DNA of 64,000 nt, taken from assembly GCA_965113315.1 (NCBI GenBank), contig OZ220363.1; one strand, given 5' to 3'. The position numbers and the translations under genes are program-made. This document shows positions 63,334 to 64,000 of this stretch, piece after piece. The stretch is from Podarcis vaucheri (taxonomy: Eukaryota). Below the pieces are notes generated by a model that did no database searches, was not told the DNA's origin, and saw only the letters and a list, made by a program, of their open reading frames with translations. Positions within the stretch are counted from its first letter, which is position 1. Each line of letters starts with the position of its first letter.

Positions 63334-64000
63334 TATTTTGTGAAGCCATGCACACACAACATTAGCCATAATCCACATCTATCCTGCAGCTTGATAAATA
63401 TTGTGTTTTCCTGAGTTTTTCCCAAACCAGCTTCAGTTTGATTTGAAAAGGGGATGCTTTCCTGAGCAAATTGCAGGTTCCAAAGGTCTTATCCAGATCA
63501 GCATCAGAGTGGGGCAAAGGGGGCTAAATACCCCCTTACCACAAGACAGGCAGCAGGATCAAGTCCTTTTTCTGTTAAAAGTCATGTATGTTAAGGCAGA
63601 GATATTTTATGTATCCTCTAGCTTGGCCATCATCTTCTTTCTCCCCTCTACTCCTTTCTAAACAGTCCTGAACATGTGAAATGTTAATTGAATTACTGGT
63701 GAACAATTTAGTTGGTATAGCAATGCATTAAAAGCTACAACAAACATGTTGTCTTATTCAGCCCAATATCTCTTTCTCTGAGGAGTTAACAACCTTCAGG
63801 TCATTTTGTGCTTGGTGAGCAGATGTAGAGTTGCTATATGAACTGTGGGTGCATCGTTAATTTAGTCTAAATACATGCAGAAACAGCAAAGATGAATGCT
63901 GGATTTATATTGAAATCTACAGTAAAATAAGTTCTAGTATCAGCTTTCTATGTTTATTTTAGCCACAATCATTTGCTGAGCAGGTAAAGGAGTAATGAAA

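Noticed and set aside
54333-64000. Search for further upstream TMEM163 exons or a nested gene
   Set aside because: No matching exon or credible ORF was seen; consistent with a long intron extending past the window.

Overview
Vertebrate genomic DNA, almost certainly a squamate and probably a lacertid lizard, judging by the Sauria/Squam-type SINEs, L2/CR1 LINEs and many hAT and Tc1/mariner MITEs. Two spliced genes lie tail-to-tail. On the + strand are the last six coding exons of MGAT5 (GnT-V; 4692-16051, 281 aa plus stop), followed by a probable ~8.3 kb 3'UTR ending near AATAAA 24296-24301. On the - strand are the last six coding exons of TMEM163 (CDF-like zinc transporter; 54332 down to 26949), with a probable poly(A) signal at 25907-25912. 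All internal junctions are GT-AG and keep frame. The rest is intron, UTR and intergenic DNA with many transposon relics, several with readable TIRs/TSDs and some nested. Most ORFs in the supplied track are spurious. I found no convincing novel protein-coding system. The best second-look items are regulatory: a possible bidirectional poly(A) cassette between the genes, a young CpG-rich hAT element carrying tandem Ig-promoter-type heptamer-octamer motifs, an octamer/FOX/E-box cluster in a TMEM163 intron, a weak 5' splice site with a UG-rich tract, and nested TE insertions that give a relative chronology. Repeat-family names and human comparisons are from recall, not database searches.
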